A stretch of 64,000 bases of DNA from Mobula hypostoma (lineage: Eukaryota), in the NCBI RefSeq assembly GCF_963921235.1, contig NC_086097.1, positions 216,940,001 through 217,004,000 of the forward strand. Direction: 5' to 3'. Below are positions 1 to 12,677 of the stretch, one piece after another. Each line of letters starts with the position of its first letter. The first letter of the stretch is position 1. Below the pieces are notes generated by a model. The model saw only the letters and a program-made list of their open reading frames with translations. It had not been told where the DNA came from and made no database searches. The position numbers and the translations under genes are program-made.

Positions 1-1570
1 TCTTAACCATAACTTTGGCTCAGTCATTTGCACTTTAGCTCTGTAAATTTAGGATGGTATAGTTTAGCTTTCATAATATATTTATTTCTCAAATATCTGC
101 AAACAAAAGAAATTAATTTCTATTTTGTATGCAAAAGGCTTAGATAAATGTTGAAAACTGTAGAAAATGTTATAATACCTGTATTCTTAGAGGAATTTCT
201 GGAATAAACTGTAATTGTATACCCTTTTGTGTATAGCATCTTCTGCTCTCTTAAAATTCAACAGTTGTTCCCTATTTCAAAGTTTAGATTTATATTCCAT
301 TAAAATATAATACAACACAAGATATTGTAATGGGATATTTCTGTAGTCAGATATATTTTAGATTGTGATACAACTTTTATGATCACCATTTTAAGGGAAG
401 GACTGCAGCAGACATGTAACAAGTAATTTTCTGATCTAATATTTTTGTTGGGAAGCTTCTAAGAAAATATTACAGAAGTTCCTATATGGACCATGTCAAA
501 ACAACCAGAATCCTGTAGCATCACTAGTCTACTTATTTAAGTTTCTTTCAATTTGAAATGTATTGGCAAGAAGAAAGTTCCTTGCCTCAGGGAAACTCAA
601 CATTTCTACCTTTAAGTAAGTATCAGACTAAAGTGTGTGTGTCTGCCTCTTCCTTTATAACATTTTAGGCAGTTGTACAATTGTATGCAATGTGAAAGTA
701 TATTCTATCTCCATTTGTAACTAACAATTGTTAGATCATATCATCTGGTGTATTTAAATATGAACCTCAGAAAGGCTACCCGAAGGTGAATGTATTTTGT
801 AACTTATAAATAGGTTTCCATTTAGTATATGAAACTTAGTGAATTTTCACAAAGGGAGTACTCTTTCTCAATATTATTTTTAGAATGGACTGTTTAAAAG
901 TAACAAATTATATTATTTCCTTTAAAGGTGTTGGATGTTGCTGTTAGAACTAACAGCTCCCTGTGCATGTTCCTACTTGTACTGTACTGTATATGATCTA
1001 TTACTTGTAGCACATAAATTCAAAGTCGGAAATGATGGTGATCCCAAGCTATCTCATTATATATTCAAAAATCTGAAATCTGAAACACTTCCTCAAGCAT
1101 TTCGGATAAGGGATTAGGCAATTCATATTATAGAGCACATTTTTTGTTCCAAGTAACTAACCTTGGCTGCTGTACTTTACAAATTCCAAGATGATCTTGT
1201 TTTACCCTCTCTTCCCAGACTTGAAATTATGAAGCTCTAGAATGTCGATGGAAACCTATATCCTGCACTATATTTGGTTACATTGCTTGGCACAATATTT
1301 TCAAAGTTCCTCTTATAAGGGATTTTAGGGACTTGGCACTCAGTGCTGGCCTTTGCCATGTCTGCCCATCTTGGCCCTTCAATCTTGCAGCCCTGTTTCT
1401 GACAGGAAATCTCAATCAAAAGAAAAATTCTGCAGATGCTGCATAGCTGAAAAAAAATCAAAAATTCCAAAAATGTCAATGCTTTTGATTTTGTATCCTA
1501 AAATTAAGTGTGTCACCTCTAAGCCCATATTTCCTGATTATATTACTTTAATTCTATAGCATTTATCCAC

Positions 1571-2412
1571 TGTTACGTACCCCGTAACTGGGTTGCCAAA
1601 CCAGCAGAAATGGACCACTTAGTTGGAGTCTGGTTAATAGAAACTAATAAAGTTTTATTACGGAAATAAGCAACACAGTACTCTAATCGTAGGGATATAA
1701 ATGCAACGGGTTAGCAATGATAAAACACACATGTACACAGAACTAGGGTAAGAGGAATCAATCAAGCTCTATCGCAGTCTAGGGGTAAAATGATCAGTCT
1801 CAAGTGACGCAGAGTTCAGTTCAGCTTAGTACAGTTCGCAGTAATCGCTGTTGTGCCGTTGGAGAGAGAGAGAGAGAGAGAGATAATATGCAAATCTGAT
1901 TCAGACAGACCTTTGATGTTCTTCGCAGTTAGCTTTCGGGCGAACCCTTTTAATGTCTTCTGTGGTCACCGACTGTGACCCCTCCGTTTCAGATACGACC
2001 GTTCTTCCGCGGTGAACCCGGCACCCAGGCAAGGGCGGACACACACACCAGGTTCCCGCCGATCGTACCTTTTCACCCTGTGCGTTTATGGTTGGTTCCT
2101 GCGACCAGACCTCCGAACTCTCACCAGCTTGTGGGGTCACACCGCTCTTCCAGGGTCTCATTATCTCGTGATCTCGTGGTGTGCGTCATGCCTTAGCGAA
2201 CCTGTTCTTTTTATCCCCCTGCTGGGGTATCGCCTGTCCATCAAACTTCAAATAGTTCAGGTTCAAAGCAACCAGTCTGTCAATATTCTGAAATGTGTTT
2301 CTTTCTCATTAATCTCTCTCTTCTCTCTTATTAGCATTTTGAATGTTTCTCCATTATCTCCCTTATCTCTCTCATCAGCATCAATCTTCTGATAACTTCG
2401 TTTGTCGTCACA
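1571..2412 (-). mobile_element. Solo LTR (Gypsy-like), 842 bp, with 4-bp target-site duplication
   Basis: Starts TGTTACG and ends CGTCACA (TG...CA, imperfect 7-bp terminal inverted repeat). CCAC flanks both sides (1567-1570, 2413-2416). Minus strand shows a TATA-like GGGGATAAAAAG, a (CT)n tract and AATAAA in LTR order. CpG-richer than its flanks. Confidence 0.85.
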
Positions 2413-2725
2413 CCACCAAGTTGAGATACAAATAAAAAATAATAATCTGCTAAAATATAAATGCAAAGTGCATTTCTCAGAGCTAACAGCACCTTGTATA
2501 ACCAAATATTTACAGTATATAAAAAGTGGGAAAAACTGCCTAGACCTAGAAAATAACTTTTGAAGTACTCATTCAAAGTTATACAGGATTCCTCTCATGG
2601 TTGTATTTCATGGTTACTTAAACATTTCTTGCTGTTCTCCTAACCTCAACTCTGAGAAAAGAAATGTTTACTATTTGAACAAGGAAACTATTTAAGTTAT
2701 GAATGGTTAGAATGGATGTTCATGT

Positions 2726-3545
2726 TCAAGTTTATTGTCATTCAACTGTACACATGCATACAGCTAAATGAAACAATATTCCTCAGGGACCAGGGTGCAA
2801 AACACTGTACATATATCAGGTCTTAATGACATTGAGTGCAAGGTTGTTGCTGTGACACCACTCAACTAGCTGGCATATCTCATTCCTGTGCACTCTCTCA
2901 TCTCCATCTGAGATTCTACCAACAATGGTTGTAATATCAGCAAATTTATAGATGGTATTTGAGCTGTACCTAGCCATATATTCATTGGAGTAGAGCGCGT
3001 AGAGCATTAAGCTAAGCACACACCCCTGAGGTGCGCCAGTGTTAATCTACAGCAAGGAGAAGATATTATCACCAATCCGCACAGATTGTGGTCTTCTGGT
3101 TAGGAAGTTGAGGAACCAATTGCAGAGGGACATACAGATGTCCGGGTTCTATAACTTATCGATCAGGACTGTGGGAATGATGCTGCTAAACGCTGAGCGA
3201 AAGTCAACAAACAGCATTCTGACATAGGTGTTTGTATTATCCAGGTGAAGAGCCATTGAGATTGCATCTGCCATAGATGTATTGTGATGAAAGGCGAATT
3301 GCAATGGGTCCAGGTCCTTGCTGAGGCAGGAGTTGATTCTGGTTATGACCAACCTCTCAACGCATTTCATCACTGTAGATGTGAGCACTGTATATCACAT
3401 ACAGCACATAAAATAATATTAACACGGTAATATTAATAGATAAAAAAAAAGTATTCTGTAGGTGCACAAATTGACATAAAGTGCAAATGCAAGTGACAAC
3501 AAAGTGTTCACAGACTGGGAGAAGAAGCTGTTACCCAGTCTGACA
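2726..3545 (-). mobile_element. Rex1/Babar LINE 3' remnant containing an RT fragment
   Basis: Minus ORFs 3149-3388 ([13 protein letters not shown]...LDPLQFA...[18 protein letters not shown]) and 2816-3019 (IYKFADITTIVG...LVEWCHSNNLALNV) are Rex1-type RT. C-terminal RLGNSFF near 3530. Tail with AATAAA near 2730. Confidence 0.8.
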
Positions 3546-4358
3546 GGCCTTGACAATGCTGAGGGCCCTGTGAAAGCAATGCTTCCTGGGTATATGCTGG
3601 ATGGGGGTGGGTTGGGGGAGGTTGGGAGACAGGCCCTATATGATTTCCTATACTTCAATCGTGTAAACAGACCTAGGCATCATTAACTAGAATTGACAAG
3701 CAGGTTGACTCCACTGGTTCTACTTTGCCTCTGAAATAGTAGCAGAGGTCTAACATCTAGCAGAATGGAAAGGTAACCAGCAGAAGTGGCCTCTTAATGC
3801 CTTCCTGCACATGAATGATATTGCCATCTTCTGCTTGGATCCAAGGTCAGTCCTCAGATTGACCAGCATCTGTGAATAGTTTCAACTGGCCTTGTGGGAG
3901 AATCAACTACAAGAAGATTGAGAACATGCTTTCATGTGAGAAATAGCTAGTCCAACACAAATTCTAATTGCCCGGGGATCTAACTCAGAGGGTCTGAGGC
4001 ATGCTACAAACAGCCTGGAGCCGATAGCTAAGACCAAACTAAAATTAAGACAGTGCTCCCTCTCGATGGTGGACAATAACCTGGTTATTGAGCATGAGAT
4101 GCTCTAAGAGTTGCCCTCTTCAGTGCAAGTGCAGCCCATATCCCAACTCTCCTGCCATAGCATTTGGCAGAATGCCTCATCACCAAAACTCCCCAATAAG
4201 CACCAGAGCTGGCAAAGAGAGGGGATGTTCCCTTCAGATCCTTCTTTCACATTTGACATCTCATCCACAAAATATGTCATCCTCAAGAAAACAATGAACA
4301 CCTATCTCATTGTGGAATACAGACTTGCAGAGAAATCCTTTTTAACAGTATGTTAACT

Positions 4359-4555
4359 CCGGCTGGTGGCGTAGTGGCATCAGTGCCAGACTTCGGGACG
4401 AAAGGTCCCGAGTTCGAAGCCAGCTGGCTCGCTCTCCATCCGTGCTGGGTTACGAGCTGGTGATCTCTTTGGAAACTCACCTGGTAGAAGGTAATGCTGT
4501 GTCTTACGTCGTATGCGGTTCCCCACTACGTCAGAGAGGTGTGGAGGGACCTTTC
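4359..4555 (+). mobile_element. tRNA-derived SINE
   Basis: A box TGGCGTAGTGG (4367-4377) and B box GAGTTCGAAGC (4410-4420), with no complete cloverleaf. A related copy lies at ~54827-54995. Confidence 0.7.
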
Positions 4556-5730
4556 CTAACTCAAGTGTGAGAGAAAATCACTCTCACACTTGAATCACAT
4601 CTCAGATGAAAGCAAGATAACAAAACTATCTGAGTAATTTAAATAATTAACTGTGGTACTGACTGTTTACTTCCTTTAAGTTTTAGTTAAGGTTTTAGAC
4701 TGTTTTGATTGCTAATTACTTCATCTATTTTCAAAGGGATATTTGATTCTGAGAGATCAATGATCTAAAACAAATTTTTGATCTCTTTTCATTGATGTCT
4801 GATCTGCTGATCCTTCCCAGCATTTCCTTTTTTTTCAATTAATACAGAAATGTCACCAATGATGCAACAAATCTGTATTGAACTGAATTTAAAAAGAAAT
4901 ACTTGAACTCACCCAGATTTGAGCCATTTACAAAATAGTCCAGACAAGAAAAATACTGAAAATCTTGCACATAGTTCAATGACATCTAAGTGAGTTTTTA
5001 ATTATTTCATCCTGTCAAAGCTCTTTTATAAGTATTGAGTAATTTACTTGAATGAAAATTGCAAACTATAAGGGGCATTTTTTTTATTTTAGTAAGTTTA
5101 TATTTCAACTTCTCGTCTAATGATATTCCAGTAATTTATTATTCTATTTAATGTTTATAACATCAGTTAAAGTTACTTTCTAGTTTCCTGTATGTGAACA
5201 TTCTGTAACGTGATTGGCTTTTCAAGCAGCTTGATGACATCACAGTCACTGGGCGCCAAGAAGCTAATTGAACTCAAGCTCTTCTGCCATAGGTGTTGAA
5301 GTTGTCTTGTCACTGCAGTTGTTAAATCTTGTAGGGAGCTTTTTCTCCAAGGTCAATGGGAATGTTGGCACATTTACTACTGACAAATACTTGAAGCAAT
5401 GTATCCTTTCCCCTGCGAGTGTAATGTGTTTTGGACTGTTAAAGTAAGCTGCTGATGGACATATGCTGAGCTGAATTCCAAATCCTCTGTGCTCCTAAGG
5501 GTCTGTTCTACATTGACTTCAATGCAAAGAAAATTCACGAGCAATGCCACTTGTTTTATTCCCCAAATGAAGCTGAAAGTCTTGACCTGCGGTTGTAAAT
5601 TTTGGAAGAAGCACTTGAATAGATTCCCGAAGTTTTAGAGTGTTGTCAAAGTACGGGCTAACATTACAGCAATTTTGTTTCGCTAATGCAGAATACAATA
5701 GCAACGGAAACAGAATTAACATTCCAATAG

Positions 5731-5773
5731 TCATAGTCATAGTCTTACTTTATTGATCCCGGGGGAAATTGGT
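5731..5773 (-). mobile_element. Extremely 5'-truncated Rex1-type LINE tail (43 bp)
   Basis: Minus strand reads ACCAATTTCCCCCGGGATCAATAAAGTAAGACTATGACTATGA. AATAG flanks both sides (5726-5730, 5774-5778). Confidence 0.65.
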
Positions 5774-6917
5774 AATAGCCTTTGTAGTACAAGTTACTGA
5801 ACTTGATGGATTAGACTCTATTTTGGTATGAGCAGCTGTTTTATTCTCTGTCACTCAACAACACTCTGAGAGTCTGAACTACCCCAAATTCTGATCTTTT
5901 AATCAATCCGAAATTCAGTAACTCTGTAATGGGGAGGCATGGAATTCTCACTGAAAAAAAAAATCTGCCTGTCCTTCTATCAAGCCTCACCTTGCACATC
6001 TTCTTATAAAACTTGACCAGATTAAGTGAAGTAATTTGGGTCCCAGTGCTATGTTAAAAGTGGTATTAAGATAGAAGAAGCTGTTGCTCTTGGCTAAGGC
6101 GCTGTCCTTGCAACTAGCACCATATGAACACATCCTCAGTTAATGAGCTGGATTACTCAGCCCATGTTTTGCTGACCACTCGCTGACGGGATCTACACAG
6201 CCCCACCCACTTCAGTGATCTCGACTGGACCTTCTGCACATTGATGACACCAGAATTAAAGATGTGCTCCCTTAAGACAGGTAAGTTGGCCCAATGAGTA
6301 AATAGTAAGGGGCCTGTTACTGTTTCTCCCTTGATCATCAATCTCAGGAGAATGCAAAAAGGCACACATTTGAAAGTTCATACATCTTTTGCTGGGTGTG
6401 ACAAACTAAGCTAAAACCTAAAGTTAATGCTTAAAGCTTAATTAGGCTGCGATAATTCTGAGAAAGAGTGGAACCAGAATTTAGAAATGAGCTACAATGA
6501 TATAATTCAGAAAGTGTACAACCATTAGGGAAAAGATGCTGCCCTAAGGGTCAGGTTTTACATTGAATCTCATTACAGGTCGCAATAATAAAACAATTGC
6601 AAATTTCTATTTATCAAAACTAAGTAGAAAATTATAATGAAAGTTGGGAGCACTAATTATCTGCAAAATCTGGGGATGACAATTTCTTCCAATCATCATA
6701 TTTTTCACACAGATAACACTGTCTTGCAAGCCTACAATAGTGTTTAAGTGCTTGTCTGGATTCCTAACCAGCACAGCACCTACAAATGATAAAAGGTCAA
6801 ACAATTATACAATTAGACCATAAGATATAGGAGCAGAACTAGGCCATTTGGCCCATCAAGTCTGCTCTGCCATTTCATCATGGTTGATCCAATTTTCCTC
6901 TCAGCCCCATCTCCTGC

Positions 6918-9730
6918 AAATGTCACTCCACTCTTTAAGAAGGAGGTGGCGGGGGGCGGGGGGGGAGACAAAAGAGAGGAAACCTGACATCGGTGGTGGG
7001 GAAAATGCTAGAGTCAGTTATCAAAGATATGATAACAGCACATTTGGAAAGTGGTGAAATCATCGGACAAAGTCAGCATGGATTTGTGAAAGGAAAATCA
7101 TGTCTGACGAATCTCATAGAATTTTTTGAGGATGTAACTAGCAGAGTGGATAGGGGAGAACCAGTGGATGTGGTATATTTGGATTTTCAAAAGGCTTTTG
7201 ATAAGGTCCCACACAGGAGATTAGTGTGCAAACTTAAAGCACACGGTATTGGGGATATGGTATTGATGTGGATAGAGAATTGGTTGGCAGACAGGAAGCA
7301 AGGAGTGGGAATAAACGGGACCTTTTCAGAATGGCAGGCAGTGACTAATGGGGTACCGCAAGGCTCAGTGCTGGGACCCCAGTTGTTTACAATATATATT
7401 AATGACTTAGATGAGGGAATTAAATGCAGCATCTCCAAGTTTGCGGATGACACGAAGCTGGGCGGCAGTGTTAGCTGTGAGGAGGATGCTAAGAGGATGC
7501 AGGGTGACTTGGATAGGTTGGGTGAGTGGGCAAATTCATGGCAGATGCAATTTAATGTGGATAAATGTAAGGTTATCCACTTTGGTGGCAAAAACAGGAA
7601 AACAGATTATTATCTGAATGGTGGCCGATTAGGAAAAGGGGAGGTGCAACGAGACCTGGGTGTCATTATACACCAGTCATTGAAAGTGGGCATGCAGGTA
7701 CAGCAGGTGGTGAAAAAGGCGAATGGTATGCTGGCATTCATAGCAAGAGGATTTGAGTACAACAGCAGGGAGGTACTACTGCAGTTGTACAAGGCCTTGG
7801 TGAGACCACACCTGGAGTATTGTGTGCAGTTTTGGTCCCCTAATCTGAGGAAAGACATCCTTGCCATAGAGGGAGTACAAAGAAGGTTCACCAGATTGAT
7901 TCCTGGGATGGCAGGACTTTCATATGATGAAAGACTGGATTGACTAGGCTTATACTCGTTGGAATTTAGAAGATTGAGGGGGGATCTTATTGAAACATAT
8001 AAAATTCTAAAGGGATTGGATAGGCTAGATGCAGGAAGATTGTTTCCGATGTTGGGGAAGTCCAGAACAAGGGGTCACAGCTTGAGGATAAAGGGGAAGC
8101 CTTTTAGGACCGAGATTAGGAAAAACTTCTTCACACAGAGTGGTGAATCTGTGGAATTCTCTGCCACAGGAAATAGTTCAGGCCAGTTCATTGGCTATAT
8201 TTAAGAGGGAGTTAGATATGGCCCTTGTGGCTAAAGGGATCGGGGGTATGGGGGGAAGGCTGGTACAGGGTTCTGAGTTGGACGATCAGCCATGATCATA
8301 CCGAATGGCAGTGCAGGTTCGAAGGGCCGAATGGCCTACTCCTGCACCTATCTTCTATGTTTCTATGTTTAACTATAGGCCAGTTAGCCTAACCTTAGTG
8401 GTTGGGGAAGTGTTGGAGTCCATTATTAAAGATGAGGTTTTGGGGTACTTGGAGACTCATGATAAAGTAAGTCAAAGTCAGCATGGTTTCTGTAAAAGGA
8501 AATCTTACCTGACAAATCCGTTAGAATTCTTCATGGTAGTAACAAACAGAGTGGACAAAGAGACAGTGGATGTAATTTGCTTAGATTTACAGAAGGCATT
8601 TGAGAAGCTGCCTACATGAGGCTGCTTAACAAGATAAAATCCTTTAGTGTTACAGGAAGTATACTGGCATGGATAGAGGAATGGTTGACAGGCAGGAGGC
8701 AGTGAGTGGGAATAAAGGGGGCCTTTCTGGTTGGCTGCCAGTGACTAGTAGTGTTTCTTAGGGATCAGTATTGGGACTGCTACTTTTCACATTGTTTGTC
8801 AATGATTTATATAGTGGAATTAATGGCTTTGTGACAAAGCTTGTGGATGATACAAAGATAGGTGGAGGAGTAGGTAGTGCTGAGGAAGCAATGCGATCGT
8901 AGCAGGACTTATACAAATTGGAAGAATGGGAAAAATGTGGCTGATGGAATAGTGTTGGGAAATTATGATAATACATTTTGATAAAAGACTATTATGTTAA
9001 ATGGCGAGAAGTTCAAACATCAGAGGTGCAGAGAGCTTTGGGAGTCCTCACGCAAGACTCCCAGAATGTTAATTTACAGATTGAGTCTGTGGTGAAGAAG
9101 GCAAATGCAATGTTGGCATTTATTTCAAGGGAAATAGAATATAAAAACAAGGAGATAGTGCTGAGCCTTTTGTAAGATGCTAGTCAGGCCACACTTGGAG
9201 TAGTGTCAACAGTTTTGGGCCCCTTATCTCAGAAAGGATGTGTTGCCATTGGAGAGAGTCCAGAGGAGGTTCACAAGGGTAATTCTGGGAATGAAGGGGT
9301 TAACATATGAGGAGCGTGTGGCAGCTTTGGGCCTGTACTCACTGGAATTAAGAAGAATGCGTCGGGGGGGGGGTGGAATTCTCATTGAAACCTACTGAAT
9401 GTTGAAAGGATTAGATAGGGTGGATGTGGAGAGGATGTTTCCTCTAGTGGGGATATCCATAGCAAGAGGGCACAGCCTCAAGATTGAGGGATGACTTTTT
9501 AGAACAGAAGTAAAGAGGAATTTTTTTTAACCAGAGAGTGGTGAATCTGTAGAATGCTCTGCCACAGATTGCAATGGAGGCCAAGTCCATGGGTATATTC
9601 AAAGCGGAAGTTTATAGATTCCGGATTGGTCAGGACATCAATGGATGTGGTGAGAGGGCAGGTGAATGGGATCAGCCATGATGGAATGGTGGAGGGGACT
9701 CAATGGGCTGAATGGCCTAAAGCTGCTCCT
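6918..9730 (+). mobile_element. CR1 LINE, 5'-truncated and decayed (middle element)
   Basis: NVTPLFKK...GNYRPVSLTLVVG...QHGF...DLQKAFEK, through to the CR1 3' UTR (aatgggctgaatggcctaa). Many stops and frameshifts. Confidence 0.85.
6984..8370 (+). mobile_element. CR1 LINE, relatively young 5'-truncated copy with a near-intact RT domain (inner element)
   Basis: 316-aa ORF 6993-7943 with QHGFVKGKSCLTNL, YLDFQKAFDKV, GVPQGSVLGP and SKFADDTK. The stop at 7941 looks like a CGA>TGA change. Tail (TTTCTATG)n ends at 8370. Confidence 0.95.
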
Positions 9731-10149
9731 ACCTTCTCCCCGTATTGCTTCCTGCCCTGACTAATCAAAAATCTCTCAACCTCTCCCTTAAATATACATA
9801 AAGACTTGGCCTCCACAGCTGCCTGTGGCAAGGAATTCCACACATTCACCACTCTCTAGCTAAAGAAATTCCTTCTCGTCTCCATTCTGAAATGTCCTCT
9901 GGTCTTAGACTCTCCCACCGTAGGAAACATCTTCTCCACATCCACTCTGTCAAGGCCTTTCACCATTTGATAGGTTTCAATTAGGTCTTGGAATCCTTTT
10001 TGTGAACCTCCTTTGAACCCTCTCCAGTTTCAGCACATCCTTTCTAAGATAAAGGGCCCAAAACTGCACACCATAATCCAAGTGAGGCCTCACCAGTGCT
10101 TTCTGAAGTCTCAACATTACAACTTTGCTTTTATATTCTATTTTACCAT

Positions 10150-10641
10150 AACAAATGGATACTATAGAGAAAGTGCAGAGGAGATTTACAAGGATGTTGC
10201 CTAGATTGGAGACCATGCCTTATAGGTTGAGTGAACTTGGCCTTTTTTCCTTGGAGTGTCGGAGGATGAGGGGTGACCTGAGTGAGGTCAAAAAGATGAT
10301 GAGAGTCATTGATCGTGTAGATAGCCAGAGGCTTTTTCCCAGGCTGAAATGGCTAACACGAGGGGGCATAGTTTTAAAATGCTTGGAAGTAGGTACAAAG
10401 GGAAATGTCAGGGTCAAGTTTTTCACACAGAGAGTGGTGGGTGCGTGGAATACACTGCCAGTGAAGGTGGTGGAGGTGGATACAATAGGGTCTTTTAAGA
10501 GACTCCTAGATAGGTACATGGGGCTTAGAAAAATAAAGTGCTATGCAGTAGGGAAATTCTAGGCAGTTTCTAGAGTAGGTTACATGGTTACAACATTGTG
10601 GGCTAAAGGGCCTGTAATGTGCTGTAGTTTCTATGTTTCTA
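10150..10641 (+). mobile_element. CR1 LINE 3' end (different subfamily)
   Basis: ORF 10155-10562 EKVQRRFTRMLP...RRMRGDL...FFTQRVVGAWN; tail ttctatgtttcta. Confidence 0.8.
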
Positions 10642-10649
10642 AACCTTGT

Positions 10650-10900
10650 CTAAATCTTTGTGCACCACTTGGCGACAGCTGTGTAGGGACAGGGTTCGTA
10701 TTCTGGAGGTGGAAAGAACAACCAGAAGACAGCAGAAGAGAGCCAGAAGAAATGCAGCCACGGTTGCCACCACTACTACATATACACGTCCCACCTGCAA
10801 TAAAGCTTGTGGGGCCAGGATAGGACTGTATAGTCATCAAAGATCTCACCGTTAAAAGAGTGGTTGTTGTCATCGGATTTCGATGGACAACCGAAGAAGA
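10650..10900 (+). mobile_element. RTE-clade LINE 3' end
   Basis: ORF 10646-10855 ends PTCNKACGARIGLYSHQRSHR (RTE C-terminal zinc-finger-like motif); short 3' UTR ending GAAGAAGA. Confidence 0.75.
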
Positions 10901-11909
10901 CTATATCCCAGCACCATATAACAAGTCAAACAAGATCAGGAGATGACAGTTCCATGGTAAACTCATAGGGACTGGCTTCACCAGTGAGTGAATGGTGAGG
11001 AGATGTACTCACTTGCCTGCCATGGAATCCAATGATCATGTCATTTTCTGGACAGAAAAAAAGATCTAAGATGAGTTAGGTTTAATATTTCCATTTTGAT
11101 TATCCAGCCTCTTGACAACATTATCCCCAGGTACTGGCTTTAACAAGTCTTCCTCACTACTTACACCTGTTATTGAGAATGAATTCATGCAGTTTATGAA
11201 TACTCATTATCCTGAGCTTCACTCTGCTCCCGCATCCACTTTACACAGGTCGTGTTTAAATTTTATTTTCATAGAGTCATTAAATCGTGAAACAGATCCT
11301 TCAGGCCACTATGTTCATTCAGGGACAGTCTACACTGACAGCCAGAAATCAACATGGAGCTGGTCCGACATTTCCTCAATACAAATCCTACCTGAGTCAC
11401 ACAAGCGTGGAATCATGAAACTGAATGCCAGAGATCATTTGGCCCTTTAAATCTGCATCACCCTTTTGAAAAGGCTTTCAAGTTAATTTCTCTTCCCTGC
11501 TATTTTCATGTAGTCCCATTTGCTCCACCCTCAGCCTCAAGTAATGATCCAAATCGCTTTAAAGGCATATTATTAAATCATCACTTTTCACCACCTTTAT
11601 CCAGCCCAAATCTGATAGCTTGTGATGTAAAAAAATGTTTTTTTTTCAAATTGTCTGTTGCTCTTTTACCATTTACTTTACATTGAGATCCTTCCAAGGC
11701 AGTATCATTTTCTCCTCTTCATGATACCGAGCAGCTCCATGACATATACTTTCAACTTCCTCTATTTCAAGAGAAACAATTGCGGTTTCTTTTGACACAC
11801 AGATTAAATCCTTGTGAATAAATGATTTCTTCTCAGACCCTACATCCTTCCCAGATGTAATGTCCAGAATTGATCACAATACTCAAACCACGGCATAACT
11901 AATATTTTA

Positions 11910-12140
11910 AGACCACAAGACACAGGAGCAGAATTAGGCCATTCAGCCCATCTAGTCTCTTCTGCCACTCCATCTTGGCTGATTCTGAATCCCACTCAAC
12001 CCCATACACCTGCGTTCTCGCCATATCCTTTGATGCCCCAACCGAACAGGTAGCGATCAACTTACGTCTTCAATATACACGTGGACTGGGCCTCCACCGC
12101 AGTCTGGAGCAGTGCATTCCACAGATTGAGCATAAAAGAT
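11910..12140 (-). mobile_element. CR1 3' tail fragment
   Basis: agaccacaagacacaggagcagaattaggccattcagccc..., same family as the copies at 56177 and 57062. Confidence 0.75.
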
Positions 12141-12677
12141 TTTTGTACTCTATCCCTTAACTGTAATAACAATTTCCTTTACTTTTTAACAACTTTCTTA
12201 ATACTGTATTGTCAACCTTCAAGGCTTGTGTGCTTAAACTCATGCTTGACTCTGCTCCTGTATCCACTTTAAAAGGTACCATTTGATTTTTTTTATCGTC
12301 ACAGAGTCATTTAATCATGCACCACAGAAACACATCCTTTGTCCACTATATCCACGCAGCCACCAAATATTCAGCTTTGTTAACCCCATTTACCAGCACA
12401 TGGTCCGGATTTTCTATTCCTTGGTGATTCAAGTTTGCCTAGACTCTAGAAACCAGTTGAATGTTGTGAGAGTTCCCGCCTCGCCATCTTCTTTTCCAGA
12501 TCCCAAAATCCTTTGGGTGTCAAACAAAACTTCCTCAGATTCCCTCGAAACCTTTTACCCTTATTCTAAACATATAGAAGTTTTTTTTTTCAACTCTGTT
12601 CTGGGGTTGGGCACATCTCTGGTCTTTCATCATCTTTCCATCAAAATGAATCAAGATAACGGTGAATCGGCGGGGTG

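Larger units (their letters stand above)
6815..10143 (-). mobile_element. CR1 LINE 3' fragment (outer element; pieces 6815-6917 and 9731-10143)
   Basis: The CR1 tail reverse complement (agaccataagatataggagcagaa...) resumes after 9730 (ccttctccccgta...). Minus ORF 9977-10216 contains KALVRPHLDYGVQFWALYLRKD. Confidence 0.75.

Noticed and set aside
4359..4430. Second tRNA gene (also ~54830-54895)
   Set aside because: A and B boxes are present but there is no acceptor stem or full cloverleaf; treated as SINE heads. No tRNA-Ala was seen near the tRNA-Tyr.
6993..7943. 316-aa intact RT as a functional host gene or retron-like system
   Set aside because: 5'-truncated CR1 ORF2 with no endonuclease or promoter, a non-ATG start, a premature stop and a downstream frameshift.
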